A stretch of DNA of 64,000 bases from Shigella phage ESh32, in the sequence record ON528742; one strand, given 5' to 3'. Positions 19,664-31,785 of this stretch are shown here, in pieces. The position numbers and the translations under genes were made by a program. The notes beneath the pieces were generated by a model. That model saw nothing but the letters and a program-made list of their open reading frames with translations, searched no databases and had not been told where the DNA came from. Within the stretch, counting starts at the first letter, position 1, and every line of letters starts with the position of its first letter.

Positions 19664-20296
19664 ATGAATATAGTATATTGGTTTACATTTGAAGACCGTG
19701 TCAAAAATAAGACTCCGCCATACTACTATATCGGTAGTAAATTAAATTGCTCATTTGAGAACGGAATAATATATGACTCTTCCGGAAAGGAATACTGGAG
19801 CTCATGTAAACAAAAAAGATTTTTGAATGCGCTAATGCTTCAAAAACCGAGCGTTAAAATAATTCAAATTGATGATGACTTGGATGTTATTGAAGCAGAA
19901 CGAAAATACCAACTTGAAGTAAATGCCAGAGATAATCCAGACTATTTTAATCTGGTATATGCTGGTGGTGGATTTGGTGTGAGTGGTGAAACTCATCCAG
20001 CCAAAGACCCGGAAGTTAGAGAGCATATGAGATTGGCTAATTATATGAACCGTGACGATTTTAGACCTTGGAAAACATCACGAGCTAATATAGAGTCTTG
20101 GAAATTATCTCATATTGCTTACGAGAATTATGTGTTATTATTATCCTCTAATCTGTACGGTAAAACTCCCGGATGGCGAAGAGTTAAAGGTAATATAAAT
20201 ATAACTGATACAACTGCTAAATCGATGGTAAAGTATTTCAACTCAGGTTGGATACCTCTCGAAGACCCAGAGTATTGCGAATTATGCCAGCTATGA
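19664..20296 (+). CDS. segG: GIY-YIG homing endonuclease, SegG-like (210 aa)
   Basis: N-terminal IVYWFTFEDR...PPYYYIGSK GIY-YIG-type motif; located between 59 and 32 where T4 carries segG. Confidence 0.65.
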   Translation: MNIVYWFTFEDRVKNKTPPYYYIGSKLNCSFENGIIYDSSGKEYWSSCKQKRFLNALMLQKPSVKIIQIDDDLDVIEAERKYQLEVNARDNPDYFNLVYAGGGFGVSGETHPAKDPEVREHMRLANYMNRDDFRPWKTSRANIESWKLSHIAYENYVLLLSSNLYGKTPGWRRVKGNINITDTTAKSMVKYFNSGWIPLEDPEYCELCQL

Positions 20297-20353
20297 GGTA
20301 AAGTGTCATAGCACCAACTGTTAATTAAATTAAATTAAAAAGGAAATAAAATG
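20297..20353 (+). promoter_or_regulatory. gene 32 autoregulatory translational operator (pseudoknot region + AU-rich unstructured leader through start codon)
   Basis: GGTAAAGTGTCATAGCACCAACTG followed by TTAATTAAATTAAATTAAAAAGGAAATAAAATG, the classic gp32 binding leader. Confidence 0.6.
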
Positions 20354-21256
20354 TTTAAACGTAAATCTACTGCTGAACTTGCTGCACAAATGGCTAAACT
20401 GAATGGCAATAAAGGTTTTTCTTCTGAAGATAAAGGCGAGTGGAAACTGAAACTCGATAATGCGGGTAACGGTCAAGCAGTAATTCGTTTTCTTCCGTCT
20501 AAAAATGATGAACAAGCACCATTCGCAATTCTTGTAAATCACGGTTTCAAGAAAAATGGTAAATGGTATATTGAAACATGTTCATCTACCCATGGTGATT
20601 ACGATTCTTGCCCAGTATGTCAGTACATCAGTAAAAATGATTTGTACAACACTGACAATAAAGAGTACGGTCTTGTTAAACGTAAAACTTCTTACTGGGC
20701 TAACATTCTTGTTGTAAAAGACCCAGCTGCTCCAGAAAATGAAGGTAAAGTATTTAAATATCGTTTCGGTAAGAAAATCTGGGATAAAATCAACGCAATG
20801 ATTGCAGTTGATGTTGAAATGGGTGAAACTCCGGTTGATGTAACTTGTCCGTGGGAAGGTGCTAACTTTGTACTGAAAGTTAAACAAGTTTCTGGATTTA
20901 GTAACTACGACGAATCTAAATTCCTGAATCAATCTGCGATTCCAAACATTGACGATGAATCTTTCCAGAAAGAACTGTTCGAACAAATGGTTGACCTTTC
21001 TGAAATGACTTCTAAAGATAAATTCAAATCGTTTGAAGAACTGAATACTAAATTCGGTCAAGTTATGGGAACTGCTGTGATGGGCGGTGCCGCTGCAACT
21101 GCTGCTAAGAAAGCTGATAAAGTTGCTGATGATTTGGATGCATTCAATGTTGATGACTTCAATACAAAAACTGAAGATGATTTTATGAGCTCAAGCTCTG
21201 GTAGTTCATCTAGTGCTGATGACACGGACCTGGATGACCTTTTGAATGACCTTTAA
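20351..21256 (+). CDS. 32: single-stranded DNA-binding protein gp32 (301 aa)
   Basis: [49 protein letters not shown]...; Zn-binding [10 protein letters not shown]; acidic C-terminus; 301 aa. Confidence 0.95.
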
Positions 21257-21278
21257 CAGATTATATTACTAATTAATT

Positions 21279-21304
21279 GGGGACCTCTAGGGTCCCCTTT
21301 TTTA
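21279..21304 (+). terminator. rho-independent terminator after gene 32 (GGGGACC-loop-GGTCCCC + T7)
   Basis: 7-bp GC stem plus T-run read directly. Confidence 0.65.
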
Positions 21305-21327
21305 TTTCAAAAATTTTTCACAAAACA

Positions 21328-21357
21328 GTTTACATCCTTGTCCTTCCATGGTACTAT
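21328..21357 (+). promoter_or_regulatory. T4-type early promoter: -35 GTTTAC 21328-21333, -10 TACTAT 21352-21357
   Basis: Motif read directly; leader TACAACTATC shared with promoter at 4067. Confidence 0.55.
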
Positions 21358-21400
21358 ACAACTATCGGCAATACTGCTGATGATTAAAGAGGAAAATAAT

Positions 21401-21631
21401 ATGGCTAAAGTTGATATTGACATCATTGATTTTGAATATATTGAAGAGATTATTCGTAATCGTTATCCTGAACTTAGTATCACAAGTATTCATGATGATC
21501 CCAATTATTGCAATTTTTCTATTGTCATTGAAGGTCCTCTTGAAGACCTTACCCGCTTTATGGCTAATGAATATTGCGATGGCATGGATTCTGAAGACGC
21601 AGAATTTTACATGGGACTGATTGAACAATAA
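21401..21631 (+). CDS. hypothetical acidic protein (76 aa)
   Basis: ATG 21401 with SD AAGAGGAAAA; track ORF 21338 starts upstream of the promoter -10. Confidence 0.5.
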   Translation: MAKVDIDIIDFEYIEEIIRNRYPELSITSIHDDPNYCNFSIVIEGPLEDLTRFMANEYCDGMDSEDAEFYMGLIEQ

Positions 21632-21677
21632 TTATCAAGGGGCTATTTGATAGCCCCGTTAAAATGAGGAAATCAAA

Positions 21678-22064
21678 GTGGAAGTTGGAAAAACTTATAT
21701 CATTAACCCTTTATTTAAAAATGACTTTGCTAACGAGTGCCGTTGCAATGTAATGATGCTAAATTTAATAGAGAAGCACGGACCTAGTTTTGTTGTAGAT
21801 GAAATGGAAAGTGATGATTGTGCTGGTGACTGTGTGGTACGTGTAACTATGGAAGACGGCACTGAATACATGGCGGGTGGCCCACTTGAGACGTATTTTG
21901 AGATTTACTCTGAAGAATTCAAATACTTTACTGAGGTAACTTTAGAAAAGCCTCAATCCGCTAATGAAGGTATAGTTTCTGGCGTAACAAAAATTCACTG
22001 CATTGTTGACGAAAACAATGTAGATGAAATCATTGAACTTTTGCGAAAAACTTTTAAGGCCTAA
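21678..22064 (+). CDS. hypothetical protein (128 aa, GTG start)
   Basis: ORF track; GTG at 21678 with SD GAGGAAA 7 nt upstream; Cys-rich (CRC...CAGDC). Confidence 0.5.
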   Translation: MEVGKTYIINPLFKNDFANECRCNVMMLNLIEKHGPSFVVDEMESDDCAGDCVVRVTMEDGTEYMAGGPLETYFEIYSEEFKYFTEVTLEKPQSANEGIVSGVTKIHCIVDENNVDEIIELLRKTFKA

Positions 22065-22065
22065 T

Positions 22066-22326
22066 ATGACTAAAGATGATTTCCTGGATGCGGTAGAAAA
22101 AGCTAGTGAGAAATTTGAAGTGATGGGTGTACGGGTCCATAAAGACAGAAATTACGGACTCGATATTCAAACGTATTCATTATGGCTTGTGGGTGAACAC
22201 AGTCTTGTAACCAGTTTAGTTATGGGTGTCGATACCTATCCTCTATTGGTTAAGTTCAGAAATATGGAAAAGGCTACTAAAGAAATGATTAAGCTTGGTA
22301 AGTGGCTCGATAAAATTCAAAAATAA
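22066..22326 (+). CDS. hypothetical protein (86 aa)
   Basis: ATG 22066 two nt after upstream stop; track ORF 22024 begins earlier in the same frame. Confidence 0.45.
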   Translation: MTKDDFLDAVEKASEKFEVMGVRVHKDRNYGLDIQTYSLWLVGEHSLVTSLVMGVDTYPLLVKFRNMEKATKEMIKLGKWLDKIQK

Positions 22327-22328
22327 TT

Positions 22329-22358
22329 GTTTACAACAGGGTAGTAGTGTGATACTAT
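22329..22358 (+). promoter_or_regulatory. T4-type early promoter: -35 GTTTAC 22329-22334, -10 TACTAT 22353-22358
   Basis: Motif read directly; leader TACCCTATCAACTAC shared with promoter at 926. Confidence 0.55.
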
Positions 22359-22386
22359 TACCCTATCAACTACTGAGGAGAATAAA

Positions 22387-22629
22387 ATGAGATTACAACG
22401 CCAAAGCATCAAAGATTCAGAAGTTAGAGGTAAATGGTATTTTAATATCATCGGTAAAGATTCTGAACTTATTGAAAAAGCTGAACATCTTTTACGTGAT
22501 ATGGGATGGGAAGATGAATGCGATGGATGTCCTCTTTATGAAGACGGAGAAAGCGCAGGATTCTGGATTTACCATTCTGATGTTGATCAGTTTAAAGCTG
22601 ATTGGAAAATTGTGAAAAAGTCTATTTGA
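22387..22629 (+). CDS. hypothetical protein (80 aa)
   Basis: ORF track; SD GAGGAGAA. Confidence 0.55.
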   Translation: MRLQRQSIKDSEVRGKWYFNIIGKDSELIEKAEHLLRDMGWEDECDGCPLYEDGESAGFWIYHSDVDQFKADWKIVKKSI

Positions 22630-22639
22630 GGAAAATATT

Positions 22640-22995
22640 ATGTCTGACATTCATGTAGCTGGAATTGCTCGAGTAAGTATTCGTTGCCAACTTAAAACTG
22701 CGCCTGGGACGGCTTATATTAATTTATCACACGACCTATGTTCTAGTGAAAGACCATTAACTGGTGTAATTACGTTTTACGCTGGAGTTGGCGGAAACGA
22801 ATTTACTGTAGGCGAATTTGTTGGCTGTAAATTAAAAGTTCAGAAAAATGTGTTAGAACTTTTTAGCGATCTTTATGGTGATAGTGATGAAGTTTTTGAT
22901 GAAATCGCGCAAGCAGTTAACAGAGGAATGGTAATTTTAGTTAAAATGATTAAAGATAGCGGATTTGCTTCTGGCCCCTTTCAGTGGGAGGTAAT

Positions 22996-22999
<4 letters not shown>
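22640..22999 (+). CDS. hypothetical protein (119 aa)
   Basis: ORF track; SD TGAGGAAAA. Confidence 0.55.
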
Positions 23000-23825
<826 letters not shown>

Positions 23826-23845
23826 AATAACGCGTGGCGGAAAAT

Positions 23846-24193
23846 ATGAACTTTAATTATTACCCTATTCTATTAGAAAAAGACGCGAAACAACCAAAAT
23901 GGCAGGGTCCTCAGTTTATTAAAGGCGTCTATCAATTAGTAGTTCCTAAAGACAAGATTTATAGTAGTTGTTTCACTGAATCCGCTTGCAGTATTTTCGG
24001 TAATAGTTCTCCGTATTGGAATTTTGATATAAAACTGGATAGAAATATCGATATTTGGTTGAAAGCCATGGATATTGGCAATATTACGTTTGATGAGAAT
24101 AATTATCATATTATTGGTCGCTTTTCTAAACGCGGTAAAGAATTATATTTCACTCCTGAAATCGAAAGAAAATTTGATGCTAAACCGTATTGA
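23846..24193 (+). CDS. hypothetical protein (115 aa) lying between frd and td
   Basis: ATG 23846 (track start 23834 is GTG); no recognisable motif; occupies a junction where T4 frd and td overlap. Confidence 0.5.
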   Translation: MNFNYYPILLEKDAKQPKWQGPQFIKGVYQLVVPKDKIYSSCFTESACSIFGNSSPYWNFDIKLDRNIDIWLKAMDIGNITFDENNYHIIGRFSKRGKELYFTPEIERKFDAKPY

Positions 24194-24219
24194 TTATTTA
24201 GCTTCATAAAATGTATTAT
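24190..24219 (+). promoter_or_regulatory. possible sigma70-type promoter upstream of td (-35 TTGATT, 18 bp, -10 TATTAT)
   Basis: Motif read directly; weak call. Confidence 0.3.
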
Positions 24220-24238
24220 AATTTATATAAGGTACTAA

Positions 24239-24787
24239 ATGAAACAATACCAAGATTTAATTAAAGACATTTTTGAAAATGGCTATGAAACCGATGACCG
24301 AACAGGCACAGGAACAATTGCTTTGTTCGGTACTAAATTGCGCTGGGATTTAACTAAAGGTTTTCCTGCGGTAACAACTAAGAAGCTCGCCTGGAAAGCT
24401 TGCATTGCTGAGCTAATATGGTTTTTATCAGGAAGCACAAATGTCAATGATTTACGATTAATTCAGCATGATTCGTTAATCCAAGGCAAAACAGTCTGGG
24501 ATGAAAATTACGAAAATCAAGCAAAAGATTTAGGATACCATAGCGGTGAACTTGGTCCAATTTATGGAAAACAGTGGCGTGATTTTGGCGGTGTAGATCA
24601 AATTATAGAAGTTATTGATCGTATTAAAAAACTGCCAAATGATAGGCGTCAAATTGTTTCTGCGTGGAATCCAGCTGAACTTAAATATATGGCATTACCG
24701 CCTTGTCATATGTTCTATCAGTTTAATGTGCGTAATGGCTATTTGGATTTGCAGTGGTATCAGCGATCAGTAGATGTTTTCTTGGGT
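24239..24787 (+). CDS. td: thymidylate synthase, exon 1 (183 codons)
   Basis: MKQYQDLIKDIFENGYETDDRTGTGTIALFG... TS fold; exon ends ...CTTGGGT at the group I 5' splice site. Confidence 0.9.
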
Positions 24788-25803
24788 TAATTGAGGCCTG
24801 AGTATAAGGTGACTTATACTTGTAATCTATCTAAACGGGGAACCTCTCTAGTAGACAATCCCGTGCTAAATTGTAGGACTGCCCTTTAATAAATACTTCT
24901 ATATTTAAAGAGGTATTTATGAAAAGCGGAATTTATCAGATTAAAAATACTTTAAACAATAAAGTATATGTAGGAAGTGCTAAAGATTTTGAAAAGAGAT
25001 GGAAGAGGCATTTTAAAGATTTAGAAAAAGGATGCCATTCTTCTATAAAACTTCAGAGGTCTTTTAACAAACATGGTAATGTGTTTGAATGTTCTATTTT
25101 GGAAGAAATTCCATATGAGAAAGATTTGATTATTGAACGAGAAAATTTTTGGATTAAAGAGCTTAATTCTAAAATTAATGGATACAATATTGCTGATGCA
25201 ACGTTTGGTGATACATGTTCTACGCATCCATTAAAAGAAGAAATTATTAAAAAACGTTCTGAAACTGTTAAAGCTAAGATGCTTAAACTTGGACCTGATG
25301 GTCGGAAAGCTCTTTACAGTAAACCCGGAAGTAAAAACGGGCGTTGGAATCCAGAAACCCATAAGTTTTGTAAGTGCGGTGTTCGCATACAAACTTCTGC
25401 TTATACTTGTAGTAAATGCAGAAATCGTTCAGGTGAAAATAATTCATTCTTTAATCATAAGCATTCAGACATAACTAAATCTAAAATATCAGAAAAGATG
25501 AAAGGTAAAAAGCCTAGTAATATTAAAAAGATTTCATGTGATGGGGTTATTTTTGATTGTGCAGCAGATGCAGCTAGACATTTTAAAATTTCGTCTGGAT
25601 TAGTTACTTATCGTGTAAAATCTGATAAATGGAATTGGTTCTACATAAATGCCTAACGACTATCCCTTTGGGGAGTAGGGTCAAGTGACTCGAAACGATA
25701 GACAACTTGCTTTAACAAGTTGGAGATATAGTCTGATCTGCATGGTGACATGCAGCTGGATATAATTCCGGGGTAAGATTAACGACCTTATCTGAACATA
25801 ATG
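24788..25803 (+). mobile_element. group I self-splicing intron of td (1016 bp) carrying the I-TevI ORF
   Basis: Intron begins TAATTGAGGCCTGAGTATAAGGTGACTTATAC and ends ...ATCTGAACATAATG; splicing restores ...DVFLG/LPFNIASYA... giving a 286-aa TS. Confidence 0.85.
24919..25656 (+). CDS. I-TevI: intron-encoded GIY-YIG homing endonuclease I-TevI (245 aa)
   Basis: MKSGIYQIKNTLNNKVYVGSAKDFEKRWKRH... GIY-YIG motifs, Zn finger (CKCG...CSKC), C-terminal DNA-binding region; 245 aa. Confidence 0.9.
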   Translation: MKSGIYQIKNTLNNKVYVGSAKDFEKRWKRHFKDLEKGCHSSIKLQRSFNKHGNVFECSILEEIPYEKDLIIERENFWIKELNSKINGYNIADATFGDTCSTHPLKEEIIKKRSETVKAKMLKLGPDGRKALYSKPGSKNGRWNPETHKFCKCGVRIQTSAYTCSKCRNRSGENNSFFNHKHSDITKSKISEKMKGKKPSNIKKISCDGVIFDCAADAARHFKISSGLVTYRVKSDKWNWFYINA

Positions 25804-26115
25804 CTTCCATTTAATATTGCATCATATGCTGCGTTAGTTCATATTGTAGCTAAGATGTGTAATCTTATTCCTGGAGATTTGATATTTTCTGGCGGTAATA
25901 CTCATATCTATATGAATCACGTAGAACAATGTAAAGAAATTTTACGTCGTGAACCTAAAGAGCTTTGTGAACTGGTAATAGGCGGATTGCCTTATAAATT
26001 CCGTTATCTTTCTACTAAAGAACAATTGGAATACATTCTTAAACTCAGGCCTAAAGATTTCGTTCTCAAAGATTATCAGTCCCACGGTGTCTTGAAAGGA
26101 AAAATGGCGGTATAA
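25804..26115 (+). CDS. td: thymidylate synthase, exon 2 (103 codons)
   Basis: LPFNIASYAALVHIVAKM... continues TS frame; track ORF start 25801 is the intron-terminal ATG. Confidence 0.9.
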   Translation, partial: LPFNIASYAALVHIVAKMCNLIPGDLIFSGGNTHIYMNHVEQCKEILRREPKELCELVIGGLPYKFRYLSTKEQLEYILKLRPKDFVLKDYQSHGVLKGKMAV

Positions 26116-26138
26116 TTTTAATTTAATTGCGAGGATAT

Positions 26139-26402
26139 ATGATTTTACGATTTAAAGATACTTCTGGTGTCGTTCTTTTTACACTTCCTAATCCAAGTGA
26201 GTTAGAAGTTCCAGGACCAAATCAGCCTATTATCATTTATGGCAAAAAATATTATACTCATAAAATGACCCGTGAGTATTTTGATAATAAAATTTCTACA
26301 GTTAAAACTTCTTCAGATTGTTACTATGATATTACTGTTTTAACGGAAAAACAATATGACGAATTATCACCGCGCGGGCCGTCTATGCCAGGTAGTGAAT
26401 AA
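26139..26402 (+). CDS. hypothetical protein (87 aa)
   Basis: ATG 26139 with SD GAGGATATAT; track ORF 26127 starts 12 nt upstream. Confidence 0.5.
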   Translation: MILRFKDTSGVVLFTLPNPSELEVPGPNQPIIIYGKKYYTHKMTREYFDNKISTVKTSSDCYYDITVLTEKQYDELSPRGPSMPGSE

Positions 26403-26682
26403 ATATAAATCTGACTTTGATGTTAATATTCACCGCGGTACATTTTGGGGAAATTACGTCGGTAAAGATGCTGGCAGCCGGGAGGCTGCCATTGAATTAT
26501 TCAAAAAAGATTTTATACGTCGAATTAAATCCGGAGAAATAACTAAAGCACATTTAGAGCCTTTACGTGGAATGAGGCTAGGATGCACATGTAAACCAAA
26601 GCCGTGTCATGGTGATATAATAGCTCATATAGTTAACCGATTGTTTAAAGACGATTTTCAAGTTGAGGACTTATGCAATTAA
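26356..26682 (+). CDS. hypothetical Cys/His-containing protein (108 aa)
   Basis: ORF track; 47-nt overlap with upstream ORF so start uncertain; ends 10 nt into nrdA. Confidence 0.45.
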   Translation: MTNYHRAGRLCQVVNKYKSDFDVNIHRGTFWGNYVGKDAGSREAAIELFKKDFIRRIKSGEITKAHLEPLRGMRLGCTCKPKPCHGDIIAHIVNRLFKDDFQVEDLCN

Positions 26683-28937
26683 TTAATGTTATCAAAAGTA
26701 GTGGTGTTTCTCAGAGCTTTGACCCGCAAAAAATTATTAAAGTTTTATCTTGGGCAGCTGAAGGAACATCTGTAGATCCTTATGAATTATATGAAAATAT
26801 TAAATCATATCTCCGTGATGGAATGACCACTGATGACATTCAAACCATTGTAATTAAGGCTGCTGCGAATTCTATTTCAGTTGAAGAGCCTGATTATCAA
26901 TACGTAGCTGCACGCTGTTTAATGTTTGCTCTTCGTAAGCATGTTTACGGACAATATGAACCGCGTTCATTTATTGACCATATTTCTTACTGCGTAAATG
27001 AAGGTAAATACGACCCTGAATTATTGTCAAAATATTCAGCAGAAGAAATTACATTTTTAGAATCAAAAATTAAGCACGAGCGGGATATGGAATTTACTTA
27101 TTCCGGGGCGATGCAATTAAAAGAAAAATATCTAGTTAAAGATAAAACCACTGGTCAAATTTATGAAACTCCACAGTTTGCATTTATGACTATTGGAATG
27201 GCATTGCATCAAGATGAACCTGTTGATAGATTAAAACATGTTATCCGTTTTTATGAAGCGGTATCTACTCGACAGATTTCATTGCCAACTCCTATTATGG
27301 CTGGTTGCCGTACTCCAACCCGGCAGTTTAGTTCATGCGTTGTTATTGAGGCAGGTGATTCATTAAAGTCTATCAATAAGGCTTCCGCTTCAATTGTTGA
27401 ATATATCTCTAAACGCGCTGGAATTGGTATTAACGTTGGTATGATTCGTGCTGAAGGTTCTAAGATTGGCATGGGTGAAGTACGCCATACTGGTGTTATT
27501 CCTTTTTGGAAACATTTTCAGACTGCTGTTAAATCATGCTCACAGGGTGGAATTCGTGGCGGCGCTGCTACTGCTTATTATCCTATTTGGCATTTGGAAG
27601 TTGAAAATCTTCTTGTTTTGAAAAATAACAAAGGCGTAGAAGAAAACCGCATTCGTCATATGGATTATGGTGTTCAACTGAATGATTTGATGATGGAACG
27701 TTTTGGAAAGAACGATTACATTACTTTGTTTAGTCCCCATGAAATGGGCGGAGAGCTTTATTATTCTTATTTTAAAGACCAAGACCGTTTCCGTGAATTA
27801 TACGAAGCAGCAGAAAAAGACCCTAATATTCGTAAAAAGCGTATTAAAGCTCGTGAACTATTTGAATTGCTCATGACTGAACGCTCAGGAACAGCAAGGA
27901 TTTATGTACAGTTCATTGATAATACGAATAACTATACTCCGTTTATTCGTGAAAAGGCACCTATTCGTCAGAGTAACTTGTGCTGTGAAATTGCTATTCC
28001 AACAAATGATGTGAATAGTCCTGATGCTGAAATTGGATTGTGTACTCTCTCTGCATTCGTACTGGATAATTTTGACTGGCAAGACCAAGATAAAATTAAT
28101 GAATTGGCAGAAGTCCAGGTTCGTGCTCTTGATAATCTTTTGGATTACCAAGGATATCCAGTTCCTGAAGCAGAAAAAGCTAAAAAGCGTCGTAACCTCG
28201 GTGTAGGTGTTACTAACTATGCAGCTTGGTTGGCAAGTAACTTTGCTTCTTATGAAGATGCTAACGATTTAACACATGAACTATTTGAGAGATTACAGTA
28301 TGGACTCATTAAAGCATCCATTAAACTCGCCAAAGAAAAAGGACCTTGTGAATATTATTCAGACACTCGTTGGTCTCGAGGCGAATTACCTATCGACTGG
28401 TACAATAAAAAGATTGACCAAATCGCAGCTCCAAAATACGTTTGTGACTGGTCGTCGCTGCGGGAAGACCTTAAGCTCTTTGGCATCCGTAATAGCACAC
28501 TATCAGCACTTATGCCATGTGAGTCATCTTCCCAAGTTTCTAACAGTACAAACGGTATCGAGCCTCCACGTGGACCAGTCTCTGTTAAAGAATCAAAAGA
28601 GGGTTCCTTTAATCAAGTCGTGCCCAATATTGAACATAACATAGACCTATATGATTATACATGGAAATTAGCTAAGAAAGGTAATAAACCTTATCTTACG
28701 CAGGTAGCTATTATGCTGAAATGGGTGTGTCAATCAGCTTCAGCGAATACATATTATGACCCACAGATTTTTCCAAAAGGAAAGGTTCCAATGTCAATAA
28801 TGATTGATGACCTTTTGTATTTTTGGTATTTTGGCGGAAAAAATTTCTATTATCATAATACCCGTGATGGTTCTGGTACTGATGATTATGAAATAGAAAC
28901 TCCAAAAGCTGAAGATTGTTCATCCTGTAAATTATGA
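26673..28937 (+). CDS. nrdA: aerobic ribonucleotide reductase large subunit NrdA (754 aa)
   Basis: ATP-cone N-terminus, catalytic NLCCEI and C-terminal CSSCKL tail; 754 aa. Confidence 0.95.
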   Translation: MQLINVIKSSGVSQSFDPQKIIKVLSWAAEGTSVDPYELYENIKSYLRDGMTTDDIQTIVIKAAANSISVEEPDYQYVAARCLMFALRKHVYGQYEPRSFIDHISYCVNEGKYDPELLSKYSAEEITFLESKIKHERDMEFTYSGAMQLKEKYLVKDKTTGQIYETPQFAFMTIGMALHQDEPVDRLKHVIRFYEAVSTRQISLPTPIMAGCRTPTRQFSSCVVIEAGDSLKSINKASASIVEYISKRAGIGINVGMIRAEGSKIGMGEVRHTGVIPFWKHFQTAVKSCSQGGIRGGAATAYYPIWHLEVENLLVLKNNKGVEENRIRHMDYGVQLNDLMMERFGKNDYITLFSPHEMGGELYYSYFKDQDRFRELYEAAEKDPNIRKKRIKARELFELLMTERSGTARIYVQFIDNTNNYTPFIREKAPIRQSNLCCEIAIPTNDVNSPDAEIGLCTLSAFVLDNFDWQDQDKINELAEVQVRALDNLLDYQGYPVPEAEKAKKRRNLGVGVTNYAAWLASNFASYEDANDLTHELFERLQYGLIKASIKLAKEKGPCEYYSDTRWSRGELPIDWYNKKIDQIAAPKYVCDWSSLREDLKLFGIRNSTLSALMPCESSSQVSNSTNGIEPPRGPVSVKESKEGSFNQVVPNIEHNIDLYDYTWKLAKKGNKPYLTQVAIMLKWVCQSASANTYYDPQIFPKGKVPMSIMIDDLLYFWYFGGKNFYYHNTRDGSGTDDYEIETPKAEDCSSCKL

Positions 28938-28988
28938 TATAATTTGACTCACGGACGAGTCACCAACTATTAACTAAGCGGAAAATTT

Positions 28989-30167
28989 ATGAGCACAGTT
29001 TTTAATACAAATCCAGTTGATGTTTTAAAAGAACCTATGTTTTTTGGTTCAGGTCTTGGTATTGCGCGTTATGATATTCAACGTCATAAAGTTTTTGAAG
29101 ATTTAACCGAAAAGCAGTTGTCATTTTTCTGGCGTCCTGAAGAAGTAAACTTAATGATGGATGCTGCACAGTTTAATAAGCTTCCTCAATATCAGCAGAA
29201 TATTTTTACTAATAATCTGAAGTATCAATCACTTCTAGATAGCATTCAGGGTCGTGCACCGTCTGCTGTACTTATGTCATTGATTTCAGACCCAAGCCTT
29301 GATACATGGGTTGCTACATGGACTTTTAGTGAAACCATTCACAGTCGTTCATACACTCATATTATGCGAAATCTTTATACTGATCCGTCAAAGGTATTTG
29401 ATGAGATTGTATTAGATAAAGCTATCATGAAACGTGCTGAATCTATTGGTCGTTATTATGATGATGTTCTGGACAAGACACGTATTTGGGAAAACGCCAA
29501 AGAAAACTTTAGTTATTTTGCTGAAAATGAATATGATTTAGAAGCATATTCAAACAGTCTCACTCATTTGGAAGAATGTAAACGAGACCTGATGAAGTCG
29601 CTTTATCTCTGTCTGCACGTTATCAATGCTCTGGAAGCTATTCGTTTTTATGTATCTTTCGCATGTACCTTTAACTTCCATAAGAACATGGAAATCATGG
29701 AAGGTAATGCCAAGATTATGAAGTTCATTGCACGTGATGAGCAGCTTCATCTTAAAGGTACACAATATATTATTCGTCAACTTCAATCTGGTACTGATGG
29801 CGATGAATGGGTTAAAATTGCTCAAGAGTGTGAACAAGAAGCAGTTGATATTTTCATGGAAGTTAACCGCCAAGAAAAAGATTGGGCAGTTCATTTATTT
29901 AAAGATGGCGATGTTCCTGGATTAAATACAAATAGCATGTGGAGCTTTATTGATTACTTAACTGTATCTCGTATGAAACAGTGTGGTCTTCCATGCCCAA
30001 TTACCGATGCTCCGGTTAAACATCCGTATCCTTGGATTCGTGAATACCTTAATTCTGATAATGTTCAATCCGCGCCGCAAGAAGTAGAATTGTCATCTTA
30101 TCTTGTTGCACAGATTGATAATGATGTTGATGATAAAGTTATGATGAGTTTTAAAAAATACTTTTAA
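28989..30167 (+). CDS. nrdB: ribonucleotide reductase small subunit NrdB (392 aa), uninterrupted
   Basis: Di-iron/tyrosyl radical protein fold (…WTFSETIHSRSYTHI…); continuous ORF, no intron. Confidence 0.9.
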   Translation: MSTVFNTNPVDVLKEPMFFGSGLGIARYDIQRHKVFEDLTEKQLSFFWRPEEVNLMMDAAQFNKLPQYQQNIFTNNLKYQSLLDSIQGRAPSAVLMSLISDPSLDTWVATWTFSETIHSRSYTHIMRNLYTDPSKVFDEIVLDKAIMKRAESIGRYYDDVLDKTRIWENAKENFSYFAENEYDLEAYSNSLTHLEECKRDLMKSLYLCLHVINALEAIRFYVSFACTFNFHKNMEIMEGNAKIMKFIARDEQLHLKGTQYIIRQLQSGTDGDEWVKIAQECEQEAVDIFMEVNRQEKDWAVHLFKDGDVPGLNTNSMWSFIDYLTVSRMKQCGLPCPITDAPVKHPYPWIREYLNSDNVQSAPQEVELSSYLVAQIDNDVDDKVMMSFKKYF

Positions 30168-30172
30168 GGAGT

Positions 30173-30194
30173 GGGCCGCAAGGCCCATTTTATT
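30173..30194 (+). promoter_or_regulatory. GNRA-tetraloop hairpin (GGGCC-GCAA-GGCCC) + U-tract between nrdB stop and denA start; candidate attenuator / split-RBS element
   Basis: Hairpin lies between the only SD-like AAGGAG (30163-30168) and the denA ATG at 30195. Confidence 0.4.
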
Positions 30195-31782
<1,588 letters not shown>

Positions 31783-31785
31783 GCT

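Noticed and set aside
28938-30167. nrdB group I intron / I-TevIII and a mobE insertion between nrdA and nrdB
   Set aside because: nrdB is one continuous 392-codon ORF and the nrdA-nrdB spacer is only 51 bp; neither element is present here.
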